A stretch of 64,000 nucleotides of DNA. Source: a virus. The position numbers were made by a program, and so were the translations under genes. Positions 19,157-29,642 of the stretch are shown here, piece after piece. A model generated the notes under the pieces. That model searched no databases, was not told the origin of the DNA, and saw only the letters and a list, made by a program, of their open reading frames with translations. Every line of letters starts with the position of its first letter. Within the stretch, counting starts at the first letter, position 1. The stretch covers positions 1-64,000 of IMG/VR virus record IMGVR_UViG_3300025087_000641; one strand, written 5' to 3'.

Positions 19157-19958
19157 ACAAGAAAATCGCAAAAGCCAAAGAGAGAATCAACGGCACTAAG
19201 CCAGAGTTTTTCAAGCAGGGTGACTTTACCATCTGCGTTATCTTCAACGGCAAGAAACTCCTCGTGGGCGCAACAAAGCGCAATGTCAGAACGGATGCGC
19301 CGAATCCGGAACGTGGAAAGACAATTGCATATGAACGCGCATTGAAGGGCGAAAGTGTGCGACTGTGAAAACATACTATATCGTTCAACATGCTATGCAT
19401 GACAACCACCAACCATTTTGGATGGCACATAGCAATGGTTTCGCGGCGCGGTTGGGACAATTCGGCCATTTCAATAGCATTAGTGATACCATAAGTTTCA
19501 AAAGCGCAGATGTTTGCGAGGAAAAACTGCGGAATATTCTCTCCGCAGAGAATCCGAGAGTTGTTAGAGTTGTGCATATCTAGTTGGAGAATAAACCAAT
19601 GAAGAAAGAACTGTGGGCAGCAGCAGTCAACCTTGTTGGATGTGACGATGGGCCAATAAGAGTCAAATTTGATAAAGAAACTAACTTGTATTGCGACTCT
19701 AGTGGCGAATTCGGGTTTCTCAAAGACGAGAAGATTTCTCGGGGAAGAGTGGTATTTTCCTCCGAAATAAAGAGCGAGGTTGTAGCATTCATCGCTGGCG
19801 CTAATGCAGTTTATCACATTCTGGATATGATTTCTGGGAATAGTGAGTGAGCGAGACTATGAAACTCGGACGCTATGACAGGTATCTTGGACACATGCCA
19901 TATAGACTCCCGATATGGTTGAGTACAAGTATCTGTTTGCGAAAGGCTAGGAATAATA

Positions 19959-21308
19959 ATGTCTACACCACCCATGCCTGATGAATACCCGACTGATGAG
20001 GAACAAGCAAATAAGCAACTTGTAAAAGTTGAGCCAGTAGTTGAATATCCATTGGCAAGGACATCGGATGACTTAGAGATTCTAAATGGAGATTCCGAGG
20101 AGAATCTATATGCCGGAATATCAACTGCCATTGTTACGCAAGAACAAGAACTGATTCTACGAAAGCCAGTTGACGTTTCCATTGTTGAAATAAATCCGAT
20201 GGGTGAGGTCTATGTGCCTCATTCTGAGTATCGCAAGACGCTTTGCGATGCTTTTCATTCTGGCGGATGGGGAATCCGGCCAGTTAGTAAGCCGACTCTC
20301 TATGGAAATTGGCTTATGCAATGGTATTCTCTATATGTTGGTGGAAAATTTATTTCTACGGTTCCATCCGAGGCCCAATATTTTCCAGACAATCCAAGAA
20401 TGGTTTACGCCACTGCGCTAGAGTCGCTTCGTAGCGTGGCATTACGCCGTCTTTGCAAAGACCTCGGTATGTTCTTGGAATGTTGGGATAAGGCATTCAT
20501 TTTCAAGTTCAAATCCGAAAACTGTATTCAGGTTGAATATCTTGACAACAAGGGCAAGGTTAGCAAGGGGTGGCGAAAAAAAGATTCACCGCCAATGGAT
20601 GGCGAGGTTGAATATGCACAAGTTGTAGCAAGGCGCAATGCCCAAGTAAAAAGGTCAACAGAGGTTCCTGAAAAGTCGGAGAAACGGACACAGCCTACAG
20701 CGGCGGCAACTGTCTCAATTCCGAGTGGCGAATCCGAGAAGAAAGAGAGTCCGAAAACTGTTGTAGAGTCTGTCAAGCCTGCCGAGATGATTGTGGTGGA
20801 CAGCAAGGGAACTGAAAAGCCTCGCCGCGAAACGATTGGCGTCAAGGTGGCTAGCAGCGATTGGTTCAAGTCTCACATCCTCGGGCACAAGCATTTCCTT
20901 GACAAGAGTAATCATCCTGTCCAGAAACACTTTACGGCTTACATCCTGAAATACTTTGGAATCAATTCCGCTGTCAATCTGACTTGGGAAATGTTTGTTG
21001 CCATGCGAAATAATCTTGACGGCAAGGGTGATGATCCGAAGTATTACAAGCCAGAAGCGAAAGAAATAGAGCCGACAGAGCCGAAATCCATTGAGGACAG
21101 AATCAAAGATGCTGGCTTGTCAAAACTTGTGGCGGAATGGAAGGCAAGTTATCATATTCGGCCAGACTCAGACCACAGGGATTTTATTGAGATGGTTGAA
21201 ATCATACTGGAGGGGATTGGGAATGGACATTTCAGCACCTCAACACCAGAGGGACTAAAAGAGATTGACGAACAGTTCAGGGTAGCATTCAAGGAAGTGC
21301 CGTTCTAA
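19959..21308 (+). CDS. Mgm101/Rad52-superfamily single-strand annealing protein
   Basis: VEINPMGEVYVPHSEYRKTLCDAFHSGGWG and ATALESLRSVALRRLCKDLG...WD..FI match Mgm101 core blocks; long C-terminal extension. Confidence 0.8.
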   Translation: MSTPPMPDEYPTDEEQANKQLVKVEPVVEYPLARTSDDLEILNGDSEENLYAGISTAIVTQEQELILRKPVDVSIVEINPMGEVYVPHSEYRKTLCDAFHSGGWGIRPVSKPTLYGNWLMQWYSLYVGGKFISTVPSEAQYFPDNPRMVYATALESLRSVALRRLCKDLGMFLECWDKAFIFKFKSENCIQVEYLDNKGKVSKGWRKKDSPPMDGEVEYAQVVARRNAQVKRSTEVPEKSEKRTQPTAAATVSIPSGESEKKESPKTVVESVKPAEMIVVDSKGTEKPRRETIGVKVASSDWFKSHILGHKHFLDKSNHPVQKHFTAYILKYFGINSAVNLTWEMFVAMRNNLDGKGDDPKYYKPEAKEIEPTEPKSIEDRIKDAGLSKLVAEWKASYHIRPDSDHRDFIEMVEIILEGIGNGHFSTSTPEGLKEIDEQFRVAFKEVPF

Positions 21309-21348
21309 CTAAAACACTGGATTATACAAGTTTGTACACGAAAGGGTT

Positions 21349-21663
21349 GTGAAAATGAAAGGTCTCGGATGGTTGGCTTACACACTTGTTGTCATTGTTG
21401 GCGGTAGCATTGTCAGTGGATGGGCGCTTTCTGTGATGTGGGGATGGTTCATTGTGCCATTGTTCAATGTGCCAGCGTTCGGAATTGCACAGGCAGTTGG
21501 ACTCATGTGTGTCATTGGAATGATTGTGCCACATCCGAGCGTAAATTCTGATGGCAAGAAGCATGATACGATTGATGTCATTGTGATGACATTTGTGGAG
21601 GCTTTCGTTAGGCCACTTCTCAGCATCGGCATTGGTTGGATTGTATACCAATTTATCAGATAG
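21349..21663 (+). CDS. three-helix membrane protein
   Basis: Hydrophobic; W.WFIVPLF.VP...IAQAVG pattern. Confidence 0.6.
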   Translation: MKMKGLGWLAYTLVVIVGGSIVSGWALSVMWGWFIVPLFNVPAFGIAQAVGLMCVIGMIVPHPSVNSDGKKHDTIDVIVMTFVEAFVRPLLSIGIGWIVYQFIR

Positions 21664-21878
21664 GAGTCTGCAATGAGTGACGATACGCCACATCAAGTCT
21701 TGAGAAATTTGCATGGGCCATTGTGCAAAATGTTCACGGCTATCAACCACGGATTTCTTGAAAAAGACATCAATGAATGGATAATGTCTCACCCAAACAT
21801 CTATCTTGAACAACAGGAAACAGACTTGTTGCCTGGATTGTTTGTTGTGACTCTCTGGTACACAGAAGACTCCGCCGA

Positions 21879-22601
21879 ATGAGTACTGCCCTCGTCAAGA
21901 CCTCGCCGGAGTCATGGCTGGAAGATATAAAGGCGGCCATCACAGACCCGAAGACGCTACAGTATGCCAGTGGCGTAGTTCCGGGTAGCAATGTCATCCC
22001 AGTTGAGTTATCGGACGCATTCAACACATTCCACATCAGGGCAATAAGTCACGCCACAACGAGGGGGGAACACGAGGCGCTGATGTATCTCTCGTTCTAC
22101 GTCATCCACCGTTACAAACTGTTTGTGGCGCACGGGGATGGCACATGGGAATCGTACTGCGATGAGATTGACTCCTCGCCAGTGGGTGTTAGCAAGTCAA
22201 GCATAAAAAGCAAGGTCAAGGATATTCAGGACTTGCTTGACAGAAAAGTATCCATAGAGAACATTGTCCAACTGCTTGCCATTGCGCCGATGTCTGCAAG
22301 AACTCTACCAGATGTGCCACACGATAAGTTGCCAAGTGGCGGAGTCAATGAGGCGGCAGAGAACATTATTGAACTTGGGCCTGATGAGGGGATGCGCTAT
22401 GTTGCAGACCTCGAAGGCAGACCGACAGTAAAGTGTATTGGACACGACTACAATAAGGCCAAAGAGAAACTGTTGCTAAAGTTGCGAACCAATGATAGAG
22501 AGTCTGGGAAGACTTACGACTCTGATTTGGTGGTGTCCAACGTTGGAGAGATTGAGGCGGAGTGGATGATAGCCAAGATGGGGAGGCGGAGAGTCACATG
22601 A
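21879..22601 (+). CDS. hypothetical protein
   Basis: 240 aa, ATGA overlaps. Confidence 0.7.
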   Translation: MSTALVKTSPESWLEDIKAAITDPKTLQYASGVVPGSNVIPVELSDAFNTFHIRAISHATTRGEHEALMYLSFYVIHRYKLFVAHGDGTWESYCDEIDSSPVGVSKSSIKSKVKDIQDLLDRKVSIENIVQLLAIAPMSARTLPDVPHDKLPSGGVNEAAENIIELGPDEGMRYVADLEGRPTVKCIGHDYNKAKEKLLLKLRTNDRESGKTYDSDLVVSNVGEIEAEWMIAKMGRRRVT

Positions 22602-23887
22602 CATATCGCGTGATGATATTGTCGGATCACGCATGGCGAGATGTTCCTGCCTGTGCCATAATCAAGGTGGAACTAGAAAAACTCCTGCCCGACTCCGAGA
22701 TTTTGATTGTTGACATCCATCTCCTCGGCATAATAACGGAGAGATTCCATCCTCATCTGGTTGTAGTCAATCACCTCCACGATCCGCGCCGTAACAAAAT
22801 CTTTGATTCTGTCAAGAGGCGTGGTGGGTTGATTGTGGTGAACGAGCCGGAGGGAAGAAGCAACACATGGGGTTCTATCAAGTGGGCAACAGAGGATTAC
22901 CCACACGAACTTTGTGACCTCTATCTGTGTTGGGGGACTGGCATTGCGGAACACATGCCAGAAGATGTGAAGTATGAGATTGTCGGGGGGCCGCGTTGGG
23001 ATTTTTATTATCCTCCATACAATCAACTTATCCAATCCAAAGAAATCTTGCTGGCGAGATATGGTTTAGACGCCACAAGACCGATAGTTACAGTCGCCTC
23101 ATCGTTCCCACAGGGCAAGTTTGCGAAGTCGTCTACAGACTTCCTGTTGAGAGATTGGAAGAATCTGAAACGTGACCAAGTGAAGGGTGGCGAGAATCCA
23201 GCCGAACATGCCAAGTCTGAGTTGGAGGCATTCAACAGATTCCAGTCGTGGCTAAGGACTCTGCGGTATGAATTTCCAGAATACCAGTTACTCATCAAGC
23301 CCCACCCGGCAGAGAATGTGGCAATGTGGACTAAATTCGCAGACGAGATTGGCGCAAGCCTCATGCCAATGGACTACGTTTTTAGTTTACTGGCATTGAG
23401 TGATTGTCATGTGGCGAGAGCCGAATGTATGACTATTCCAGAGGCATGGATAGCGGGCAAGCCAACAGTTCAGTGTTTGTTGGGAAATACCGGGAATGAG
23501 GGGCCAGGAATGGATGCGGCCAATCTTGTTGATTTCTTTCCTCCCGTTACGGATGTAACAGGATTCTTGGGACAAATTGAAACAGCAACAAGCATGATCT
23601 CCGGCACATCGCAATATCAGACAGAATATCTTGAAAAGTGGCTAGGCCCAATGCCTGGTTCTGCTACGAGAATTGCCAAGTCCATCCAGGACTTACTTGA
23701 CAGCAAACAACCAAAGACATGGAAAGAGCCGAGTTATCAGGATTGGGTGGAGATACACGGAGTCCTGGTTCAGCATTCACGCGATCATGCCAAACCAGAG
23801 GCAGACCTTATCGGACAGTGGAGTAAGCATGTCCGATATGAAGTAACACAGGATTGGGTAGGTCGCGCACGACGAGTGTCAGCATGA
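22598..23887 (+). CDS. surface carbohydrate biosynthesis protein (GT-B-like)
   Basis: RD, NEPEG, YLCWG, GGPRWD, IKPHPAE, EAWIAGKP motifs. Confidence 0.65.
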   Translation: MTYRVMILSDHAWRDVPACAIIKVELEKLLPDSEILIVDIHLLGIITERFHPHLVVVNHLHDPRRNKIFDSVKRRGGLIVVNEPEGRSNTWGSIKWATEDYPHELCDLYLCWGTGIAEHMPEDVKYEIVGGPRWDFYYPPYNQLIQSKEILLARYGLDATRPIVTVASSFPQGKFAKSSTDFLLRDWKNLKRDQVKGGENPAEHAKSELEAFNRFQSWLRTLRYEFPEYQLLIKPHPAENVAMWTKFADEIGASLMPMDYVFSLLALSDCHVARAECMTIPEAWIAGKPTVQCLLGNTGNEGPGMDAANLVDFFPPVTDVTGFLGQIETATSMISGTSQYQTEYLEKWLGPMPGSATRIAKSIQDLLDSKQPKTWKEPSYQDWVEIHGVLVQHSRDHAKPEADLIGQWSKHVRYEVTQDWVGRARRVSA

Positions 23888-24474
23888 TGACTCTCATTCT
23901 TGTTACATCCCTCTCACAACTATTCGTCCGCACCATCATCAAAGAACTGATGCATAGTTCTGATACTCTTGTGGTGGACACGAATCCACAAATCCATGTT
24001 GAACTAAAGAAGTTGAATATCAGTGCTATTCATCTAAACCCGACAAGAAATGTCCGAATAGATTGGGGAAATAGGGACTCCAATTTTAAGGGGCTTTTCA
24101 TGGATGGCGACCAATTAAAATGCAATTTTCCAGACACCACGCTACCGGTCTGGAAGGTTGTAGCGTTGGACAGATTTAGTTTCTGGTTCACAGATAAAGA
24201 ATCTGCCGAGTTATATGATATGATATGCGCTTTGGAATGGGACAAGTGTATTGCATCAGCAGATCTCAACAGCGACTTGGCGTGGACACTGGCGAGGTAT
24301 AGTGGCAAGCCAGTGTGGGGAATGAAGACATCTGGATTTAGGACTCGCGAGTGGTATGACCTCGGAATGACTGGCAATGTTCCGTTTGCGGGATTGTACG
24401 TTGGGAGTGAGTCTGACAAGTCGTTTTTATCCGAATTTGTACAACAAATACCAATTGAGACTGTAAACATATAG
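23884..24474 (+). CDS. hypothetical protein
   Basis: ATGA overlap. Confidence 0.6.
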   Translation: MMTLILVTSLSQLFVRTIIKELMHSSDTLVVDTNPQIHVELKKLNISAIHLNPTRNVRIDWGNRDSNFKGLFMDGDQLKCNFPDTTLPVWKVVALDRFSFWFTDKESAELYDMICALEWDKCIASADLNSDLAWTLARYSGKPVWGMKTSGFRTREWYDLGMTGNVPFAGLYVGSESDKSFLSEFVQQIPIETVNI

Positions 24475-24527
24475 GCAGGGGATTGTAAACACAGTTCTGG
24501 AAATTGTAAACATAGGACATATTCAAT

Positions 24528-24743
24528 ATGTGGCAACGGTGAGCAGAAGATGTCTGGATTCTCATTATCGCAATTGCGGCGGCGTGGGAACTTGTGGGAT
24601 TGCTTTTCAAGAGCGTCCCGACTCTATCCGAGTTGGTCACTGCGCTGTTGAATAATGTTGGGCCTTATGGCAGATTGGCATTTGTCATACTGTGGGCATG
24701 GTTGGCATGGCATTTCTTGACGGGAAGGATATTGGCAAAATGA
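24528..24743 (+). pseudogene. small membrane protein interrupted by in-frame TGA at codon 5
   Basis: AGGA SD, ATG TGG CAA CGG TGA GCA..., then open hydrophobic frame ending WAWLAWHFLTGRILAK with ATGA overlap. Confidence 0.5.
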
Positions 24744-24964
24744 AACTCTACATAGCATTGTGCCAAGACAGACACGAGGATGCTTTGATAAAAGTGTTCA
24801 AGAGACAAGATTCTGCAATTGAATTCTGCAAGAAATTTATGGAGGACAACCGTTCAAAGAATTCAGAGATTAAATACTTTGATATTGATGGATGGCTATT
24901 CCATGCAACATATGCCGCCGAAGGGGATAGTGTCACGGTCATGGAAACAGAGTTGCAGAAATGA
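24740..24964 (+). CDS. hypothetical protein
   Basis: AGGA SD, ATGA overlaps. Confidence 0.55.
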   Translation: MKLYIALCQDRHEDALIKVFKRQDSAIEFCKKFMEDNRSKNSEIKYFDIDGWLFHATYAAEGDSVTVMETELQK

Positions 24965-25139
24965 TAGAATTCAAGAAGGTGTCTCCGTGGTTTATGTGGT
25001 TCATCGGCTTTGTGTCTGGATTCTCTTCTACCTATGAACCATTCACGAGTCATCCGTGGATATGGTTCGTTTTTTCAATGGTTATTTTTTCAATATCATA
25101 TCTTGTTTGGCGAATTTACTACGGTTCAAAGATTGTAAA

Positions 25140-25505
25140 ATGACAGACAAACCAACTTCCAAAGACTCGCTCCGAGACGGATTGAAATTGACGCCACAAG
25201 CAAAAGTAGCATTTGTCGTTTGGGAATCTCAGACAGAACAGATGTGGCGCAAGTCTTTTCCAGAGATATTCAAGCATTATGATTATCTGTTAGTGTTTCC
25301 ATATGGGTATCACGCCGATAGGCACTTTAGAATCTATGGCGGTGCGAACAATGAACATATCTTAGTGGTGGACAGTCTTGACATGCGACAGGCCGCAGAC
25401 GAGGTATTGATGTTCAGAGTTATTGAGGACTTAATTTCAGAGAAGCCTCCCGTGAGGATCGTAGACCCCGCTAATCGTTGGCTGAGTAAGGAACTCTCAC
25501 AATGA
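25140..25505 (+). CDS. hypothetical protein
   Basis: ATGA overlaps. Confidence 0.55.
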   Translation: MTDKPTSKDSLRDGLKLTPQAKVAFVVWESQTEQMWRKSFPEIFKHYDYLLVFPYGYHADRHFRIYGGANNEHILVVDSLDMRQAADEVLMFRVIEDLISEKPPVRIVDPANRWLSKELSQ

Positions 25506-25792
25506 ACACCAATCCCCAGACTCGTTATCAATCCGTGTGGCGTGTCATGGCAGATGGACAATGGCATACTCTCCGAGAGATTTCCGAGAAGTCTGGATTT
25601 AGCGAGGCATCAGTATCGGCACAGTTGAGGGACTATCGTAAGACCAAGTACGGTGGGCATACGGTTGCCATGCGTTCTGCGAAAGTCCAAACACACGAAA
25701 GAGAAGTGTTCGCAAAGGAATACAAACTTGTCCCCAATCGTGTGGCGTATGACGATGACAAAGAACAATTTGTGTATAGGGAGTCGGCATGA
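25502..25792 (+). CDS. winged-helix DNA-binding protein
   Basis: DGQWHTLREISEKSGFSEASVSAQLRDYRK..YGGH HTH pattern. Confidence 0.75.
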   Translation: MNTNPQTRYQSVWRVMADGQWHTLREISEKSGFSEASVSAQLRDYRKTKYGGHTVAMRSAKVQTHEREVFAKEYKLVPNRVAYDDDKEQFVYRESA

Positions 25793-26370
25793 AAAAGATT
25801 ATCTCGCTATTCCAAAGAAACTATGAAGGAGACAGACTCGTAAGGAATGAGATTGTTCCTAATGCTGAGTGGGTATTGTCGGGCGATGGGATTGCGACTC
25901 GCAAGTGGGATGGAACTGCCTGCATGGTAAGTAACGGCAATCTATACAAAAGATACGACGCCAAGAATGGCAAGATACCTCCCGCGGGATTCATTCCAGC
26001 ACAAGACCCAGACCCAGAAACGGGACATTGGCCGGGGTGGTTATTGGTTATGAATGACAAGTCTGACAAGTGGCATATTGAGGCACGGAACAACTGTGCT
26101 ACTTGGCCGTTGCCAAACTGGACATACGAATTGATTGGGCCGAAGATTCAGGGGAACGCAGAAGGATTGACGTTCAGTATGTTGATGCCTCACGGAAAAC
26201 AGTATCTTCCAGATTGTCCCAGAGATTATGACGGCATCGGGGAATATCTAAAAACACACGATATAGAGGGGATTGTTTGGTGGCGAGACATCAACAATAT
26301 AGATTGTGATAAAGTCAAGATAAAGACTAAAGACTTTGGCCTAAGGCGTGGAGTATCCAATGTCTTTTGA
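25789..26370 (+). CDS. RNA ligase-like nucleotidyltransferase (DUF5565-like)
   Basis: ATRKWDGT (KxDG), YELIGPKIQGN, IEGIVW, KIK..DF motifs. Confidence 0.7.
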   Translation: MKKIISLFQRNYEGDRLVRNEIVPNAEWVLSGDGIATRKWDGTACMVSNGNLYKRYDAKNGKIPPAGFIPAQDPDPETGHWPGWLLVMNDKSDKWHIEARNNCATWPLPNWTYELIGPKIQGNAEGLTFSMLMPHGKQYLPDCPRDYDGIGEYLKTHDIEGIVWWRDINNIDCDKVKIKTKDFGLRRGVSNVF

Positions 26371-27598
26371 TGGAAAGACAATCATTACTTTTGCTGGCCG
26401 AATTCATCACTGGCAACGTCTATCGCCAGTTGTAGATGAACTGCGAAAGCGAGGATGCACAGCGCCATATTTCATTTCGGACAACGCAATTCAGTTGGAT
26501 GCAAGCGAGGAATTCTTGATTCCCGCTTGCGAGTCATTCATCCACGCCCTCGATTTTCTTGATGTGGAGTCAACGGAACGCACCACAAGAATGACGCATG
26601 ACATCCTCGGAAAGATAGCGAAGCACAACGATAGAGAGTCTGACATTCGCTCATTCGTCTCTCCATTCTGGCTGGCTTATTCTGTTCGTGAGGCATGTGA
26701 GTTTTTGTGTGCTACCGAGAAGGCATTAGACTCTATAAAACCAGACGCCGTAATTGTCTTGCATCAACAAAATTTCTGGACGCGCACGCTTGGATATTTA
26801 GCAGACAGGCGAGGCATTCCAGTTGTCAGTTTTCAGGAGGGGAAGTTGAGAAGGCGCGATCAACAGACTCTAAATAAGCAAGCCACTGCCGCAGACGATT
26901 GCTCAAAACTTCTATGTTGGTCTGAATCTGCAAGGCAGGAGTATCTTGAGGCAGGCATTCCAGACTCTAAACTTGCCGTGACTGGCATTCCCCATCTCGC
27001 AGAGTGGTTTGGCTATATGGCCGAACCAAAGAACTGGCAACTCGGCAAGAAGATACAGAAGCAATCATTGGGATTTGACCCTGAGAGATGGTTAGTATCA
27101 TTCTTCCCGCCACTATTGAGTCGCTATGACGGCAATCCAAAGACGGCATTGGGGGCATTGGCAGACTGGTCGGCAAACAACTTCACGCAACTTGCAATTA
27201 GACTCCATCCGTTTGAGTACGAGGAGAATGTTGAGAAGTTGAAGTTCGGAATCAAAGACCATCCGTATGCGAAAGTGATTGAGAAAGACACCCTGCCATT
27301 GATAGCGTGTTCAGATGTTGTTATCTCACAGCACTCTACTGTGGCGGTTGAGACTCTGGCATTGGATGTTCCTTTGATTGAGATTGACCTAGACAATGTT
27401 GGTGTGCTAGAGAGTCTGGCAGAACAAGAAGTAGCAATTCCAATGGGCGGAGGCGAGTTATCTAAGATCAAGCAGGTATTGAATGGCGAGTTGAAGGTTA
27501 ATCCAGTCAAGTTGCAAGAATGGATAACTCAGAATGTTGGGCCGAGGGACGTAAGGATTGTAGATAGAGTCGTAAACGAGATTGAGAGGTTGCTGTGA
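26360..27598 (+). CDS. GT-B glycosyltransferase-like protein (CDP-glycerol/sialyltransferase-like)
   Basis: QEG, VTGIP, IRLHPFE, HSTVAVE.LALDVP motifs. Confidence 0.65.
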   Translation: MSFDGKTIITFAGRIHHWQRLSPVVDELRKRGCTAPYFISDNAIQLDASEEFLIPACESFIHALDFLDVESTERTTRMTHDILGKIAKHNDRESDIRSFVSPFWLAYSVREACEFLCATEKALDSIKPDAVIVLHQQNFWTRTLGYLADRRGIPVVSFQEGKLRRRDQQTLNKQATAADDCSKLLCWSESARQEYLEAGIPDSKLAVTGIPHLAEWFGYMAEPKNWQLGKKIQKQSLGFDPERWLVSFFPPLLSRYDGNPKTALGALADWSANNFTQLAIRLHPFEYEENVEKLKFGIKDHPYAKVIEKDTLPLIACSDVVISQHSTVAVETLALDVPLIEIDLDNVGVLESLAEQEVAIPMGGGELSKIKQVLNGELKVNPVKLQEWITQNVGPRDVRIVDRVVNEIERLL

Positions 27599-28126
27599 TA
27601 AATGGCGTTTTTCACGGACTCAATCAATCCCAAAGAGACATTGCCATTTCGTCAAGATTTATTAGGCGTATATTTATCATTGATTATTTCTATCGAATTG
27701 GCAAAATCTCGGCAGAAGAAAAACTCGCATTCCAGGCCCGCGAGATAAACAGAAATTATGAGCACGAAGTCTTGGCGAGGATAAAAAAATAATGTTCTGG
27801 CTTGCCATTCTCGCCACGGTTTTATTCCTTGCATCCTCTGTCTGGATGGTGCGCGATGCTTACCGTGTGGTGAGAGGGACTGGCAGGCCATCGGTATTGT
27901 CTATCATAGCATTTGGAAGTACGGGAGAGGCAATGGCTATTCTGTGGATGATTGTGTGGGGCGGAAAATGAAGTTTGCCAAAGATGTCATTTTCTGGATT
28001 CTATTTGAATTGCAGTGGTGGTGGATATGGCATTTCCCAAGCCGGATGTTCCCGATACTCCCCATTCGCCACAATCTTTATAGAATTTTCAATTGGTCGC
28101 GCAATTAATTTACAGGATGACAGAAA

Positions 28127-28396
28127 ATGAACAAAAGAAGAAGGATTGTAAGAGTCGGAATGACATTTGACTTATTGCTTAACATTATGGAATTGGGCTA
28201 TCGCATAGATAATGGGATAGAATGTGTTGAGGGATTGCCCGGTGATGCAGAATTCGTTGATTCATATGTTGATATTTCAACGCGCATTCTCTATCTTATC
28301 TTTCGACATCCAACATTTGACGAGGTTGAATTGGGTGCAATGATTCCAGAAAAGAGAATTGTGCATAGGATGAATCCGGTATTCAGGAATGAATAA
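28127..28396 (+). CDS. hypothetical protein
   Basis: AGGA SD; GLPGDA...HPTFDEV. Confidence 0.55.
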   Translation: MNKRRRIVRVGMTFDLLLNIMELGYRIDNGIECVEGLPGDAEFVDSYVDISTRILYLIFRHPTFDEVELGAMIPEKRIVHRMNPVFRNE

Positions 28397-29642
28397 AATA
28401 TCACTTGTCATTCCCACATATCAGCGTAAGGGGATTTTGGCGTGGACACTTTCAGAACTTGAGAGGCAATCGCTCTCGCGGGATATGTTTGAAGTTGTGG
28501 TGGTTGACGATTGTAGTACAGACGGCACTTATGAATATCTCCAATCCGCCACATTCCCGTACAACTTCAAGTATGCACAAACCGAAAAGAACTCTGGGCC
28601 TGCTACTGCCAGAAACATCGGTGTATCACTGTCAAGTAATCCAATCATATGCTTTATCGGGGATGACGCGATTCCATCGAAACATCTGCTCTATCGGCAT
28701 ATCCTCGCACACCACAATAAGGGTAATGAGGAGTGTGCCATACAGGGATATGCAGAATGGCATCCAAGTATCCCGCCAGACGACTTCCACAGATTTCTAC
28801 ATGGTGAGACTAAAATTGGCGGAGGCGGAATTCAAGCAAACTGGGCAGGGTTGAAAGACAAGAAAGGCAATTGGGTTGACGAGAATACAAACATTCCGGG
28901 GTGGTTCTTGACTCTCAATTGCAGTATCACAAGGAGTGTATTTGATTTCATCGGGGGTTTTCATCCATCATTCCCGATGGCCGCGTGGGAAGATATAGAA
29001 CTCAGCCTCCGTCTCGCAACTTTCGGATATAAAACTTACTTCTGCCGAGATAGTGTCGTACAGCATTTCCATAAGCAGACTCTTGACAGTTTTATTAGGC
29101 GTCAAATCATGGAGGGAAAATCAAGACTTCATCTCGTTGCCCTCCACCCCCATATGGCCCCTCAACTCTTGGATGTGGAGGGAATGCGGAGGGCCGAACA
29201 AGAACAGCCATACACCACATACGTAGAACTTGCCAGAGAACTCCACTACAATCAAGATGACTTGGTACAGGAAGCAAGACAGCACAGATGGATGCTTGCG
29301 CTAAGACTCGCCTCGCTAGAGGGTATCAGGCAGGGATTAGAAGAACGTGGTAGGGACTGTCACATCTGGTGGGCAGTCAAGCACTTGCACTTGAATGATG
29401 CTATAATGCAAGTCGTCGGATGTGCGGCGGCATGGGAAAAGGATGATTTAGAATACGCCACGGTCTGCTATGAGTGGGCGAACAAGCAAGAGCCAGACTC
29501 GTGGGTTATGCCCGCCATTCGTGGCGAGATACTTTTGAAACAGGGCAAGACTGGCGATGCACTCGCGGCGTTCAGGGAATCAATGTCAAAGAGTGCTGGC
29601 GAGAAGTGGCCGCTAGAAAGAGTTGAGGAGTTGTCTAAATGA
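28389..29642 (+). CDS. GT2 glycosyltransferase with C-terminal TPR-like helices
   Basis: ISLVIPTY, VVDDCSTDGT, GPATARNIG, FIGDD, WEDIELSLR. Confidence 0.9.
   Translation: MNKISLVIPTYQRKGILAWTLSELERQSLSRDMFEVVVVDDCSTDGTYEYLQSATFPYNFKYAQTEKNSGPATARNIGVSLSSNPIICFIGDDAIPSKHLLYRHILAHHNKGNEECAIQGYAEWHPSIPPDDFHRFLHGETKIGGGGIQANWAGLKDKKGNWVDENTNIPGWFLTLNCSITRSVFDFIGGFHPSFPMAAWEDIELSLRLATFGYKTYFCRDSVVQHFHKQTLDSFIRRQIMEGKSRLHLVALHPHMAPQLLDVEGMRRAEQEQPYTTYVELARELHYNQDDLVQEARQHRWMLALRLASLEGIRQGLEERGRDCHIWWAVKHLHLNDAIMQVVGCAAAWEKDDLEYATVCYEWANKQEPDSWVMPAIRGEILLKQGKTGDALAAFRESMSKSAGEKWPLERVEELSK

Noticed and set aside
21326-21338. ACAAGTTTGTACA matches the start of Gateway attB1 (possible vector contamination)
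   Set aside because: It is one variant of a ten-copy degenerate native motif, and the rest of attB1 is absent
3738-21338. Dispersed motif as CRISPR repeats or as antisense -35 boxes (TTGACT on the minus strand)
   Set aside because: Copies are kilobases apart, and those checked lack a -10 box at the right spacing
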